Below, one piece after another: positions 49,026 to 57,342 of a stretch of 64,000 bases of DNA. The stretch lies in NCBI GenBank assembly GCA_041651155.1, contig JBAZJU010000006.1, positions 4,638 through 68,637 on the forward strand. The letters run 5' to 3'. How positions within the stretch are numbered: position 1 is the first letter of the stretch; each line of letters begins with the position of its first letter. The stretch comes from Patescibacteria group bacterium (GTDB lineage: Bacteria; Patescibacteriota; Patescibacteriia; CAIXNZ01). A program made the position numbers and the translations under genes. Below the pieces are notes generated by a model that searched no databases, was not told the DNA's origin, and saw only the letters and a program-made list of their open reading frames with translations.

Positions 49026-49044
49026 CGATATTTCTCCTTTTTTT

Positions 49045-49077
49045 AAAAAATGGCAGGGAGGTTGAACCCACCCTGCC
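49045..49077 (-). terminator. Hairpin/attenuator between precursor and maturase
   Basis: Minus strand GGCAGGGTGG-gttcaa-CCTCCCTGCC-ATTTTTT. Confidence 0.7.
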
Positions 49078-49088
49078 TGGCCATTGAG

Positions 49089-49181
49089 TCACTGACCCCG
49101 ATAGTACATCACGCCCTGCGATTCTTTGGTCAGGACGATGACGCCACAATTGCCGCGATTCAGAATCCGGAATCGTTTCAT
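49089..49181 (-). CDS. Putative RiPP precursor peptide, 30 aa: MKRFRILNRGNCGVIVLTKESQGVMYYRGQ
   Basis: AAAGGAGGT RBS 4 nt before ATG; TTGACA(49275-49270)-18bp-TAAGTT promoter; immediately upstream of the RRE-rSAM gene; not in the supplied ORF track. Confidence 0.75.
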   Translation of the reverse strand: MKRFRILNRGNCGVIVLTKESQGVMYYRGQ

Positions 49182-49569
49182 GTGTACCTCCTTTCATAGA
49201 ATTTGGTAATGAGATATGCTTTACTGCCATATTTCATCCATTCATAACTTAACACTAATTTAGTTAGGTTGTCAAAAGAAGCGCTTTAGCGCTTTTTATA
49301 GTGTCTCATTTTGTGCTTAAATAGCCCGACCCAGGTGCCTCAAATCAGCTCTTGAAAAGAATCTCAAAATTCCTTAAAATATCCCTATAACACAGGTCCT
49401 AGACCGGATTGTTCAGCCTTCGCTCTCCGAAGCGAAAAGTGCTCACGCACTTTTTGCATAGGCGAGCCACTACTCAATTTAAGCTTGGCGAGCTACGGCT
49501 GGTGATGACCAGCCAAATGCACCAAATCTAGAAGATTAATCGTAATATATTATAATAGCTAGAGTGCAA

Positions 49570-50250
49570 ATGTCTCCAAGATTTAATTACGATTCTATCA
49601 CTACTTATTATCAAAAAATTAACAAAATTTATTTTTCAAAACATTTCTATTATATTGTAGCGGGTGTTTTTTTATTTTGTGTTGCAGGTTTATTTTTGTA
49701 TGTAAATTATCTGCGGGATAATAGAGATTTGGCTCAAAAAAATATGTGTGATGCAGTGACACAATCATTTGCTCCTTTACCGACAGAAATAAATCCTAAC
49801 TTTTTAACCCAGATAAATGATTGTTTCATCCCCAGCGCTGCTGTTTATGGCTATTCTTTGCGGATTACTTCAGGATTTCGGACAGTAGCGGAGCAGAATC
49901 AAATATATAATCAAGGACGAAATGATGATGGTGATATTGTGACCGAGGCGCCAGGCGGCAGAAGCATTCACAACTTTGGCTATGCCGCAGACGTGGTTGA
50001 TAGCAATCATGAATACAATATAAACTGGAAAAGACTGGCCAAGATTGGAGCATTCTGCGGGCTTGAAGCAGGTGATGATTGGGATTTTGCCCATTACGAA
50101 TATCGGGGCGGCCTAACCACGGCTGATTTTGTCACTGGCAGCCGACCCTCGCCGCTTATGTTGCCATGTGCTGTAATGCAAAAGCGGGCAAAAGACGGCC
50201 AGCCTCTAACACTTAAGGATTTACAAAATTGTGGAGCTCCTAAGTTTTAA
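49570..50250 (+). CDS. M15-family peptidoglycan peptidase (CwlK/L-Ala-D-Glu-like)
   Basis: SGFRT...QGR...APGGRSIHNFGYAAD and DFAHYE motifs; N-terminal TM. Confidence 0.85.
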   Translation: MSPRFNYDSITTYYQKINKIYFSKHFYYIVAGVFLFCVAGLFLYVNYLRDNRDLAQKNMCDAVTQSFAPLPTEINPNFLTQINDCFIPSAAVYGYSLRITSGFRTVAEQNQIYNQGRNDDGDIVTEAPGGRSIHNFGYAADVVDSNHEYNINWKRLAKIGAFCGLEAGDDWDFAHYEYRGGLTTADFVTGSRPSPLMLPCAVMQKRAKDGQPLTLKDLQNCGAPKF

Positions 50251-50313
50251 TAATAAATATTTTAATAATTTTTAATAATTTCCGTCTTTGGCGGGAAATT
50301 TAACCTTAATTTT

Positions 50314-51024
50314 ATGGATAATGAAACAAGTCAAGCTCAACCAGGCAATGCTCAAAATTTACAGCCAGAAGCGGAGAAAATAACAATTTTGCCAGAAGCT
50401 CACAGTAAGCAGATAAAAAAAGGGGAAGCAATAAAAAAATTTATTAAAGATAACCTGAGAATAGTTATTATAATTGCGGTGATTGTAGTTGTGGGCATTT
50501 TGGCGTATTTTTTTAGAGGTTTAGTTATTGCCGCTACTGTTGATGGCAGTCCCATTAGCCGCTTGGCCGTGATTCAAAAGTTGGAAAAAGAATCAGGCAA
50601 AAATTTATTAGATTCTTTGATTACGCAAAAGCTGGTGCAAAACGCAGCCAGCGCGAATAAGCTCAGTGTCAGCGATGATGATGTCAATGGCGAGATTAAA
50701 AAAATAGAAGATCAGGTCGCCTCAATGGGCAGCACGATGGATGAGGCTCTCTCAGCGCAAGGCATGACCATGGCTGATTTAAAAGAGCGGATTGTTTTGC
50801 AAAAAGAATTGGAAAAATTGCTGGCAGACAAAATTAATGTGGCTGATGAAGAAATTGCGCAATACATTAAAGATAATAATATTACGGTTCCAACAGGGCA
50901 GGAAGCAGCTACCAATGACCAGATAAAAAGTGAAATAAGTTCGCAAAAGTTTAATAGCGAAGCCGAGACTTATATTGCAGAATTAAAAGCCAAGGCCAAT
51001 ATCCAATACTTTGTAAATTACTAG
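50314..51024 (+). CDS. SurA/PrsA N-terminal domain chaperone-like protein
   Basis: TM, then AATVDGSPISR...LDSLITQKLV...ELKAKANI. Confidence 0.8.
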   Translation: MDNETSQAQPGNAQNLQPEAEKITILPEAHSKQIKKGEAIKKFIKDNLRIVIIIAVIVVVGILAYFFRGLVIAATVDGSPISRLAVIQKLEKESGKNLLDSLITQKLVQNAASANKLSVSDDDVNGEIKKIEDQVASMGSTMDEALSAQGMTMADLKERIVLQKELEKLLADKINVADEEIAQYIKDNNITVPTGQEAATNDQIKSEISSQKFNSEAETYIAELKAKANIQYFVNY

Positions 51025-51038
51025 ATATAGCATAATAT

Positions 51039-51071
51039 AAAAAACCGTCCTGATACTCAGAACGGTTTTTT
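51039..51071 (+). terminator. Intrinsic terminator
   Basis: AAAAAACCGTCCTGA-tac-TCAGAACGGTTTTTT. Confidence 0.7.
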
Positions 51072-51119
51072 AGTTTTATGGTATAATTAGGTTAGATTTA
51101 TATTATAAATGACATTTTT

Positions 51120-52028
51120 ATGCAATGGTTTTGGATTTCTTTGGCAGCGTCTGCTATTTGGGCGCTAGTCAATCATGCTGACAAATACATTATCTCCAAA
51201 TACTTTGTAGGCAAAGGCGTTGGCTCGCTTGTGATTTTTACGAGTTTAAGCGGCTTTATCTTTGCTCTTTTTATTCTACTCTTTGACCGCAGCGTTTTGG
51301 CTTTTGATTTTTTAAGCGCTGTGATTATTGCGATTAGCGGCGCGATTTTAGTGGCTTCGTTTATCCCATATCTTTATGCCCTGGAAAAAGAAGAGGCTTC
51401 CATGGTTTCTACGCTTTTTCAATTGATTCCAGTTTTTAGTTATTTTTTAGCTTTATTTTTTCTTAATGAAACACTAAGCCTTAAGCAAATTTTTGCCTCG
51501 CTTCTAATACTTTTAGGCGCGGTTATTATTTCTCTGGATCTTTCAAAAAAAATAAATTTAAAATTAAGGCCTTTTCTGCTGATGGTTGTTTCTTCATTTA
51601 TGAGCGCTTTAAGCGCGCTTATTTTTAAAATAATTGCGCTGGAGCAAAATTACTGGGGGACTGCTTTTTGGGAATATATCGGTGGCGCGTTTTTTGGCTT
51701 ATTTTTGTTCACCTGTATTGGTTTATACCGAAAACAATTTTTAGCCACGATTGCGAAAGGCAGGCTAGTTGTTTTTAGCATAAATTTTTTGGCTGAACTT
51801 TTAAATATCATTGCCAAGCTTTTAGTCAATTTCGCCAGCCTTTTAGCGCCGCTGACTCTGGTTTTGGTGGTTAATGGCTTTCAGCCTCTTTTTGTTTTTG
51901 TCTACGGAATTTTGATTACGATTTTTTTGCCGAAAATCGGCAAGGAAACTTTGACGAAAAAAGTGATTGTCCAAAAGCTAATTGCGATTTTTGTTATTTT
52001 TATCGGGGTATATTTTCTTTTTGTATAG
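51120..52028 (+). CDS. EamA/DMT-family transporter
   Basis: About 10 TM helices, internal duplication, FLNETLS motif. Confidence 0.85.
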   Translation: MQWFWISLAASAIWALVNHADKYIISKYFVGKGVGSLVIFTSLSGFIFALFILLFDRSVLAFDFLSAVIIAISGAILVASFIPYLYALEKEEASMVSTLFQLIPVFSYFLALFFLNETLSLKQIFASLLILLGAVIISLDLSKKINLKLRPFLLMVVSSFMSALSALIFKIIALEQNYWGTAFWEYIGGAFFGLFLFTCIGLYRKQFLATIAKGRLVVFSINFLAELLNIIAKLLVNFASLLAPLTLVLVVNGFQPLFVFVYGILITIFLPKIGKETLTKKVIVQKLIAIFVIFIGVYFLFV

Positions 52029-52102
52029 AATTATTGATTGAGATGCAAGTGTTAATTGACATTAACCATTTCACCTGATAATTTCACCTCAAGGAGGATC
52101 CA

Positions 52103-52594
52103 ATGAAAAAAGTAGTTTTTGTTTGTTTGCTGGTCAGCACCTTGTTAATTTCGGGAAACTTCATCTATTCAAAAACAACTGCGACAGTTATTTTTGGAAC
52201 CTGCCAGATGCAGGACAGGTTGCCTGATCCAGTTTGCACGCCAGGTGCGATTTTTCAGGTGACTGAAGAGGATATTTGCGTCAAAGGGTACACTAAAAAA
52301 GTGCGCAATGTGACTGCCAAAACAAAAAACTTGGTCTTTCAGGAATATGGCATTACCACGCACGCCAAAGGCGAATACGAGGTTGATCACTTTATTCCCC
52401 TGGAATTAGGCGGATCCAATGACCTCAAAAACCTCTGGCCTGAACCAGCCGAACCTCGGCCAGGGTTTCATGAAAAAGACAGGGTGGAGAATTATTTGCA
52501 CAGGCAAGTCTGCACAGGCCAGATGACTTTGGCTGAAGCGCAAAAACAAATACAGACAAACTGGCTTGAAGTTTACGAGCAAATCATAAAATAA
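52103..52594 (+). CDS. Secreted HNH-like nuclease domain protein
   Basis: Signal peptide; YEVDHFIPLELGGSNDLKNLWPE; AAGGAGG RBS. Confidence 0.78.
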   Translation: MKKVVFVCLLVSTLLISGNFIYSKTTATVIFGTCQMQDRLPDPVCTPGAIFQVTEEDICVKGYTKKVRNVTAKTKNLVFQEYGITTHAKGEYEVDHFIPLELGGSNDLKNLWPEPAEPRPGFHEKDRVENYLHRQVCTGQMTLAEAQKQIQTNWLEVYEQIIK

Positions 52595-52598
52595 GTCA

Positions 52599-52626
52599 GA
52601 CGCTCCTGCATTGGGGCGTTTTTTTT
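52599..52626 (+). terminator. Intrinsic terminator
   Basis: ACGCTCC-tgcatt-GGGGCGT followed by a T run. Confidence 0.7.
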
Positions 52627-52776
52627 AATACCTGCTTAATTGTAAAATTTATTATTGAGAAGGCAATTAGTGAGATTTAATAAATTTTTAACCAAAATTT
52701 AATTAGTTTTTTTATATCTTATTAAGACAGGCTGTATTTTGACAAAACAGCAAAAAACCAAAAAAGAGGAGGAATT

Positions 52777-53484
52777 ATGGAGTTGTTTAAGGTCTTAGAT
52801 TTGAGCAGGCAGGATTTGTCCGCAATTTGCAGGCAAATTACCATTCCGCTCAGCCACAGTTTTAGTCTGCGGCAAGCCACCCTGGCTGACATCCCCCGCA
52901 TAGTGGAAGTGGATAAAAAGAGTTTTGGCGCAGAAGATCTGGCCATGACTGAGGAAATGATGACCAGTCGCATCAAGATTTTTCCCGAAGGCAATTGGGT
53001 TCTGCAAAAGGAAAAGGAAATTGTCGGCGTCGGCTGCAGCATGCTAATCAGCGATGATGAAGACAAAATCACTTCCTGGTCCGAGCTTACCGGCAATGGA
53101 ACCATTAGCACGCATAAGCCTGACGGCAAAGCGCTTTTAGGCATAAATGTGAGCCTGCTGCCGGATGTCCATGGTTTTGGTTCGGCTTTTTTAAATGAGT
53201 TTACCCACATTTTAGTCGTGGGCTTAAAACTGAAATTGGCTTTTGGGGTGGGCAGGCTGCTTGGCTATAAAGAGTTTGCTGACAAAATGAGCCCGCAGGA
53301 ATTCCTCTGCCTTTGCGTCGCAGAAAATAATATTCTGCCAGTTTCGCCGGTTGTCTCATTTTTAATGAGAGCTGGCGGCAAACTAATTAAATTGGTGCCG
53401 AATTATTGGCCTGTTGACACTGACAGCCTTGGCTACGGCGTCTTGATGGAATGGGTAAATCCCTATTGGCGGTTTTTAAGCTAA
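52777..53484 (+). CDS. GNAT acetyltransferase (YkwB-like)
   Basis: IFPEG...SWSELTGNG...HKPDG...NYWPVDTDSLGYGVLMEWVNP pattern; GAGGAGG RBS. Confidence 0.75.
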   Translation: MELFKVLDLSRQDLSAICRQITIPLSHSFSLRQATLADIPRIVEVDKKSFGAEDLAMTEEMMTSRIKIFPEGNWVLQKEKEIVGVGCSMLISDDEDKITSWSELTGNGTISTHKPDGKALLGINVSLLPDVHGFGSAFLNEFTHILVVGLKLKLAFGVGRLLGYKEFADKMSPQEFLCLCVAENNILPVSPVVSFLMRAGGKLIKLVPNYWPVDTDSLGYGVLMEWVNPYWRFLS

Positions 53485-53485
53485 T

Positions 53486-53520
53486 AAAAAAAGCCTGACT
53501 TCTTTTTAGCAGTCAGGCTT
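53486..53520 (-). terminator. Terminator between convergent GNAT and radical SAM genes
   Basis: AAGCCTGACT-N10-AGTCAGGCTT, with a T-tract on the minus strand. Confidence 0.7.
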
Positions 53521-53528
53521 AAATCTTT

Positions 53529-54569
53529 TTAAATATTACATTTTTCCAGCCATTCTTTTTTGCAGGCGCAAGTCAGATTGCTTAGCAAATTTAGGTCTGG
53601 CATTTGGCGATAATTTTTTAGCTGCTTGTAAATCGCAGCGGAACAGCGCGGACAGTTTTTGGGCACGGCCAAAGGCAGGGGATATTCATTTTCAAAATTG
53701 CCGATTTGAATCGGACCCAAATGGTGAGTTTTTTTCAGCACTTCAATGATGCTCCACAGCCAGGGCGGCTGATACATTCCCTGCTCGTAGATTACAGCCA
53801 TTTTTGTGCCCGGCTGGACAAAGGCAGACTCCAGACCGACACTGTCGCTGCCTGATTGAAAAGCAAATTCAATCGTTTTAATCGCTTCAGCGATGGCCAG
53901 GCGTTCGTTGACGCCAACAGGCTTTAAAAATACATAAGTTGAAACTAGGACATCCTGGGCTTTTAGCACTTTAACAGCCTTTTGATAATCAGCCCGGCTA
54001 AAGCCTTTGTTAATGCATTTTTGCCTGATTTCATCATCTTGAGTTTCCAGGCCAATAGCCACTTCCAGCTGTTTTGGGCCTAATTGCTTTTTCAGCGCCA
54101 TGATTTTTTCAAGACTGATCAGCTCTGCTCTAGACTCAATTAAAATATGCCGGCAGCTTGCGTCATCTTTCAGAGAAGTGAGAATTTTTTTCTGGGCAGT
54201 CAAGGGCAGATCCAGGAAACTTCCGCCGGTAAAAATCATAATTTTTCTCGGACCCGAGATCAGCTGCAGGCCCAGCTGAAACATCAAGGCCAAATTTTTG
54301 CCTGAGAAAGGGATATCCTGGGTGAATTCCTTGACAGCCTGCTGGAATCCGCACATCGTGCATTTTCCCCAGGAACAAGGACCTGGTAAAAGCACATACC
54401 CGACGCTTTCGGCTTTATTTGTCTCCGGACAGTACAGAGATTCCAGGTAAGCAAACTCTTCGCCCCGGGTTAAGAAGAAAACTATTTTTCTGCATATTTT
54501 TTTGCCCAGGACGATTTTTAAGAAAATGAGAATCCTAAAAAGAAGATTGCGGCTGAAATTTTTCATCAT
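53529..54569 (-). CDS. Radical SAM protein, TIGR01210 / archaeosine RaSEA-like
   Basis: CSWGKCTMC (Cx4Cx2C), FTGGSFLD, IESRAE, VAIGLET, TYVFLKP, YQPPWLWS and NCPRC motifs. Confidence 0.8.
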   Translation of the reverse strand: MMKNFSRNLLFRILIFLKIVLGKKICRKIVFFLTRGEEFAYLESLYCPETNKAESVGYVLLPGPCSWGKCTMCGFQQAVKEFTQDIPFSGKNLALMFQLGLQLISGPRKIMIFTGGSFLDLPLTAQKKILTSLKDDASCRHILIESRAELISLEKIMALKKQLGPKQLEVAIGLETQDDEIRQKCINKGFSRADYQKAVKVLKAQDVLVSTYVFLKPVGVNERLAIAEAIKTIEFAFQSGSDSVGLESAFVQPGTKMAVIYEQGMYQPPWLWSIIEVLKKTHHLGPIQIGNFENEYPLPLAVPKNCPRCSAAIYKQLKNYRQMPDLNLLSNLTCACKKEWLEKCNI

Positions 54570-54688
54570 GCCTCCTTTCTATTTTTTTCAAGGTCCGCTA
54601 AGCTCTGTCTGATTATTTATAAATTTAACCTATTACTATTTTCTTGGCAAGTAAAAGAGAAGTGTAAATTAATTTTTTGGACTTATTT

Positions 54689-56854
54689 ATGGCTTTTATT
54701 ATCAGCTTAATTATTACCGTGCTTTTGGATATCCTGATCCTTTATTTGGGACTGCTGGTATTTAAAAAAAATCCTCAGGGCAAGATTAATCAAATTTTTT
54801 TCATTCTGGCTTTTGCCATTTTAAGCTGGATAGTTTTTAATTTTTTGGAAAACGAAATCAGTTATTTGCCGCTGGCCGCTTTTTTTTTAAAGCTTGATTT
54901 TTCAACCGGCCCTTTGATTGTCAGTTTTTTCCTGCTATTTGCGGTTTATTTCCCTGACCGGGCGGAAATTTTGGCAATCTGGAAAAAAATATTATTAGCC
55001 GCGGTCTGCGCTCTGTTTGCCATTTTGCCGTTTAGCAATCTGCTGCTTAATAATTTTACGATCAAAAATCGCGGCATCCGTTACGAGGAGGGGAGCCTGT
55101 ATGAAGCGTATGCAATCTTTTTGCTGGGCATGATCATGTGGGGCAGTTATATCCTAATAAAAAAATACTTGAGCTATACCGGCCAAAAAAGATTGCAAGT
55201 CATCTACGTTTTAGTAAGTTTCGGCCTAACTGGCCTGATTACCGCAGTGATAAATTTATTTTTTTCAAACAGCCTGCCGATTGAAGTCTCAAGAATCGGC
55301 ATCTATTGCTTTATTATATTTATCGGCAGTACAACTTATGCCATGGTGCGCCATCATCTGATGGATATCAGGGTGATTATCCAAAAAAGCTTGGTTTTTA
55401 CTTTTTTGCTGGTAATAATTTCTGTCCTTTACGCGCTGATAGTTTTTTCCGTTAATTTTATTGCTAAGGGTTTGTCCCTGAATTGGTTGATATTTTCCGC
55501 CGCCCTCACCGTGATTATCCTCTCTTTTACTTTGCCTGTTTTAGAAAAAAAATTCACAAAACTGACTGACAAAATTTTTTTTAAGGCTCCCATTGATTAC
55601 AAGGAGGCGCTGAAAACATTAAGCTATATTTTTGCCACGGAAATAAAACTGCCCGAACTAGTCAAAAAAACCCGGCAATTTCTGCAAAAAACATTTAAAA
55701 TTGACTTGGTCAGCTTTTATTTTTCGGCCAGCATAAAAAAATATTACCGCATTTCCTCTGCTGATAAGAATAAGATTTATTTTTTGCCTGCCAAGGGCAG
55801 TTATCTGGCTAAATATTTTACCAGCCAGTCAAGCGTTTCCAAAATTATTGCCAGAGACGATTTAGAATGGCAGGCAGCGGCGGATAAAACTAAAATCGCG
55901 CGCAAGATGATTTTAGAAATGGACGCGCTTAAAGGTGATTTAGTTATCGCGATTTTCGGCCAAAAAGAGCTTTTAGGCATAATTTGTCTGGGACATAAGC
56001 TTGATGACAATCCATATTTCAGCCAGGATATTGAGTGGTTTGACATTATTGCAAAGCAATTAGGCCTGGCGTTGGAAACTTCATTGCTTTATGAAAATTT
56101 GGAGGATTTAGTGGCGGAAAGGACAGAACAATTAAAACAGGCGAATCAAAAATTAAAGCAAATCAGCGCGGCCAAATCAGAATTCGTTTCTGTGGCCTCG
56201 CACCAGTTAAAGACTCCTTTGTCAGTCATCAGAAATATTTTTTCTTTGCTAAAAGACGGGGATTTGGGCAAAGTCACAGCGAAGCAGTCTGATTATGGGC
56301 AAAGAGGCTTTAAGCAAAGCGAGAAATTAATCAAATTAGTCAAAATGCTTTTAAATATCAGCAGGATTGAAACAGGCAGACTTAATCTTGAGCTGAGCAA
56401 AAGTAATCTTGATCCTATCATTAAAGAGCACCTGCCAATGTTTGAGACTTTAGCCAAACAAAAGAAAATACAAATTCAGTTTTCGCCGGGTTTAGACAAC
56501 AGGCTGTTTAATTTTGATAAGAATTTAATAGGCGAGGTCATAGATAATTTACTTGATAATGCAATTAAATACACGCCTCAAGGCAAGATTATAATTAAAA
56601 GCCAAAAAATCGGCAAACTGGCCAGAGTCAGCATTAGCGACACTGGCCTGGGCATCAAGCCTGACAATCTTAAGGAATTATTTCAAAGGTTTATCCGCGG
56701 CAGCGACAAAAAAAAGATCGCGATTGCCGGCACGGGCTTGGGCTTATATTTTTGCCGGCGCGTGATTGAGGTCCACAATGGCAAAATTTGGGCTGAAAGC
56801 CCTGGCCTGGACAAAGGCGCTGTTTTTATTTTTGAATTGCCCATGATCAAATAA
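54689..56854 (+). CDS. Sensor histidine kinase with N-terminal 7TM-type membrane domain and GAF
   Basis: Multi-TM N-terminus, GAF-like region, SHQLKTPL H-box, NLLDNAIKYT, DTGLGI and GTGLGL. Confidence 0.93.
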   Translation: MAFIISLIITVLLDILILYLGLLVFKKNPQGKINQIFFILAFAILSWIVFNFLENEISYLPLAAFFLKLDFSTGPLIVSFFLLFAVYFPDRAEILAIWKKILLAAVCALFAILPFSNLLLNNFTIKNRGIRYEEGSLYEAYAIFLLGMIMWGSYILIKKYLSYTGQKRLQVIYVLVSFGLTGLITAVINLFFSNSLPIEVSRIGIYCFIIFIGSTTYAMVRHHLMDIRVIIQKSLVFTFLLVIISVLYALIVFSVNFIAKGLSLNWLIFSAALTVIILSFTLPVLEKKFTKLTDKIFFKAPIDYKEALKTLSYIFATEIKLPELVKKTRQFLQKTFKIDLVSFYFSASIKKYYRISSADKNKIYFLPAKGSYLAKYFTSQSSVSKIIARDDLEWQAAADKTKIARKMILEMDALKGDLVIAIFGQKELLGIICLGHKLDDNPYFSQDIEWFDIIAKQLGLALETSLLYENLEDLVAERTEQLKQANQKLKQISAAKSEFVSVASHQLKTPLSVIRNIFSLLKDGDLGKVTAKQSDYGQRGFKQSEKLIKLVKMLLNISRIETGRLNLELSKSNLDPIIKEHLPMFETLAKQKKIQIQFSPGLDNRLFNFDKNLIGEVIDNLLDNAIKYTPQGKIIIKSQKIGKLARVSISDTGLGIKPDNLKELFQRFIRGSDKKKIAIAGTGLGLYFCRRVIEVHNGKIWAESPGLDKGAVFIFELPMIK

Positions 56855-56892
56855 ACAATTAAATATTTTTTAACAATTTAATTTTTAAATCT

Positions 56893-57279
56893 ATGAAACT
56901 GGAAGAGAAAACTATTTTAATAATTGAAGATGAGCAGGATTTGGCCGACACTTATAAATTAAAGCTAAAAAATGCGGGTTACAATGTCATTATTGCTGCT
57001 GACGGGCTAAAAGCCTTGGCAGCGGTCAAGGAAAACAAGCAGATAGATTTGATTCTTTTGGATCTTATCCTGCCCCAAAGAAGCGGGTTTTCCCTATTAA
57101 AAGATTTTAAAGAAAATCCCGAATCTGAGAAGATCCCGATTTTTATTTTGTCTAATTTGAGCCTGGAAAAGGAAATTGACCAGGGGCTGAAATTGAAAGC
57201 TGACAAATACCTGATAAAAACAGATTATACTCCGGAAAAAATCGTCAATCTGGTGAATGAATATTTTGCCGGCAAATAA
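56893..57279 (+). CDS. Single-domain response regulator (CheY-like)
   Basis: ILIIEDE, LLDLILP, LSN and YLIK motifs. Confidence 0.92.
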   Translation: MKLEEKTILIIEDEQDLADTYKLKLKNAGYNVIIAADGLKALAAVKENKQIDLILLDLILPQRSGFSLLKDFKENPESEKIPIFILSNLSLEKEIDQGLKLKADKYLIKTDYTPEKIVNLVNEYFAGK

Positions 57280-57342
57280 GCAGCTTAAAAATGGATTTTA
57301 AAAAAAATCGCTGTTATGGCGATTTTTTGTTATAATTAAGCC

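Noticed and set aside
49018-49230. 70-aa minus-strand ORF from the track as the RiPP precursor
   Set aside because: Its MKGGT segment is the translated RBS (AAAGGAGGT) of the 30-aa ORF in another frame, and it runs through the terminator hairpin.
45760-49560. Integrative element with attL/attR at tRNA-Gln
   Set aside because: No duplicate of the tRNA 3' end and no integrase were found by eye, so island status is only suggestive.
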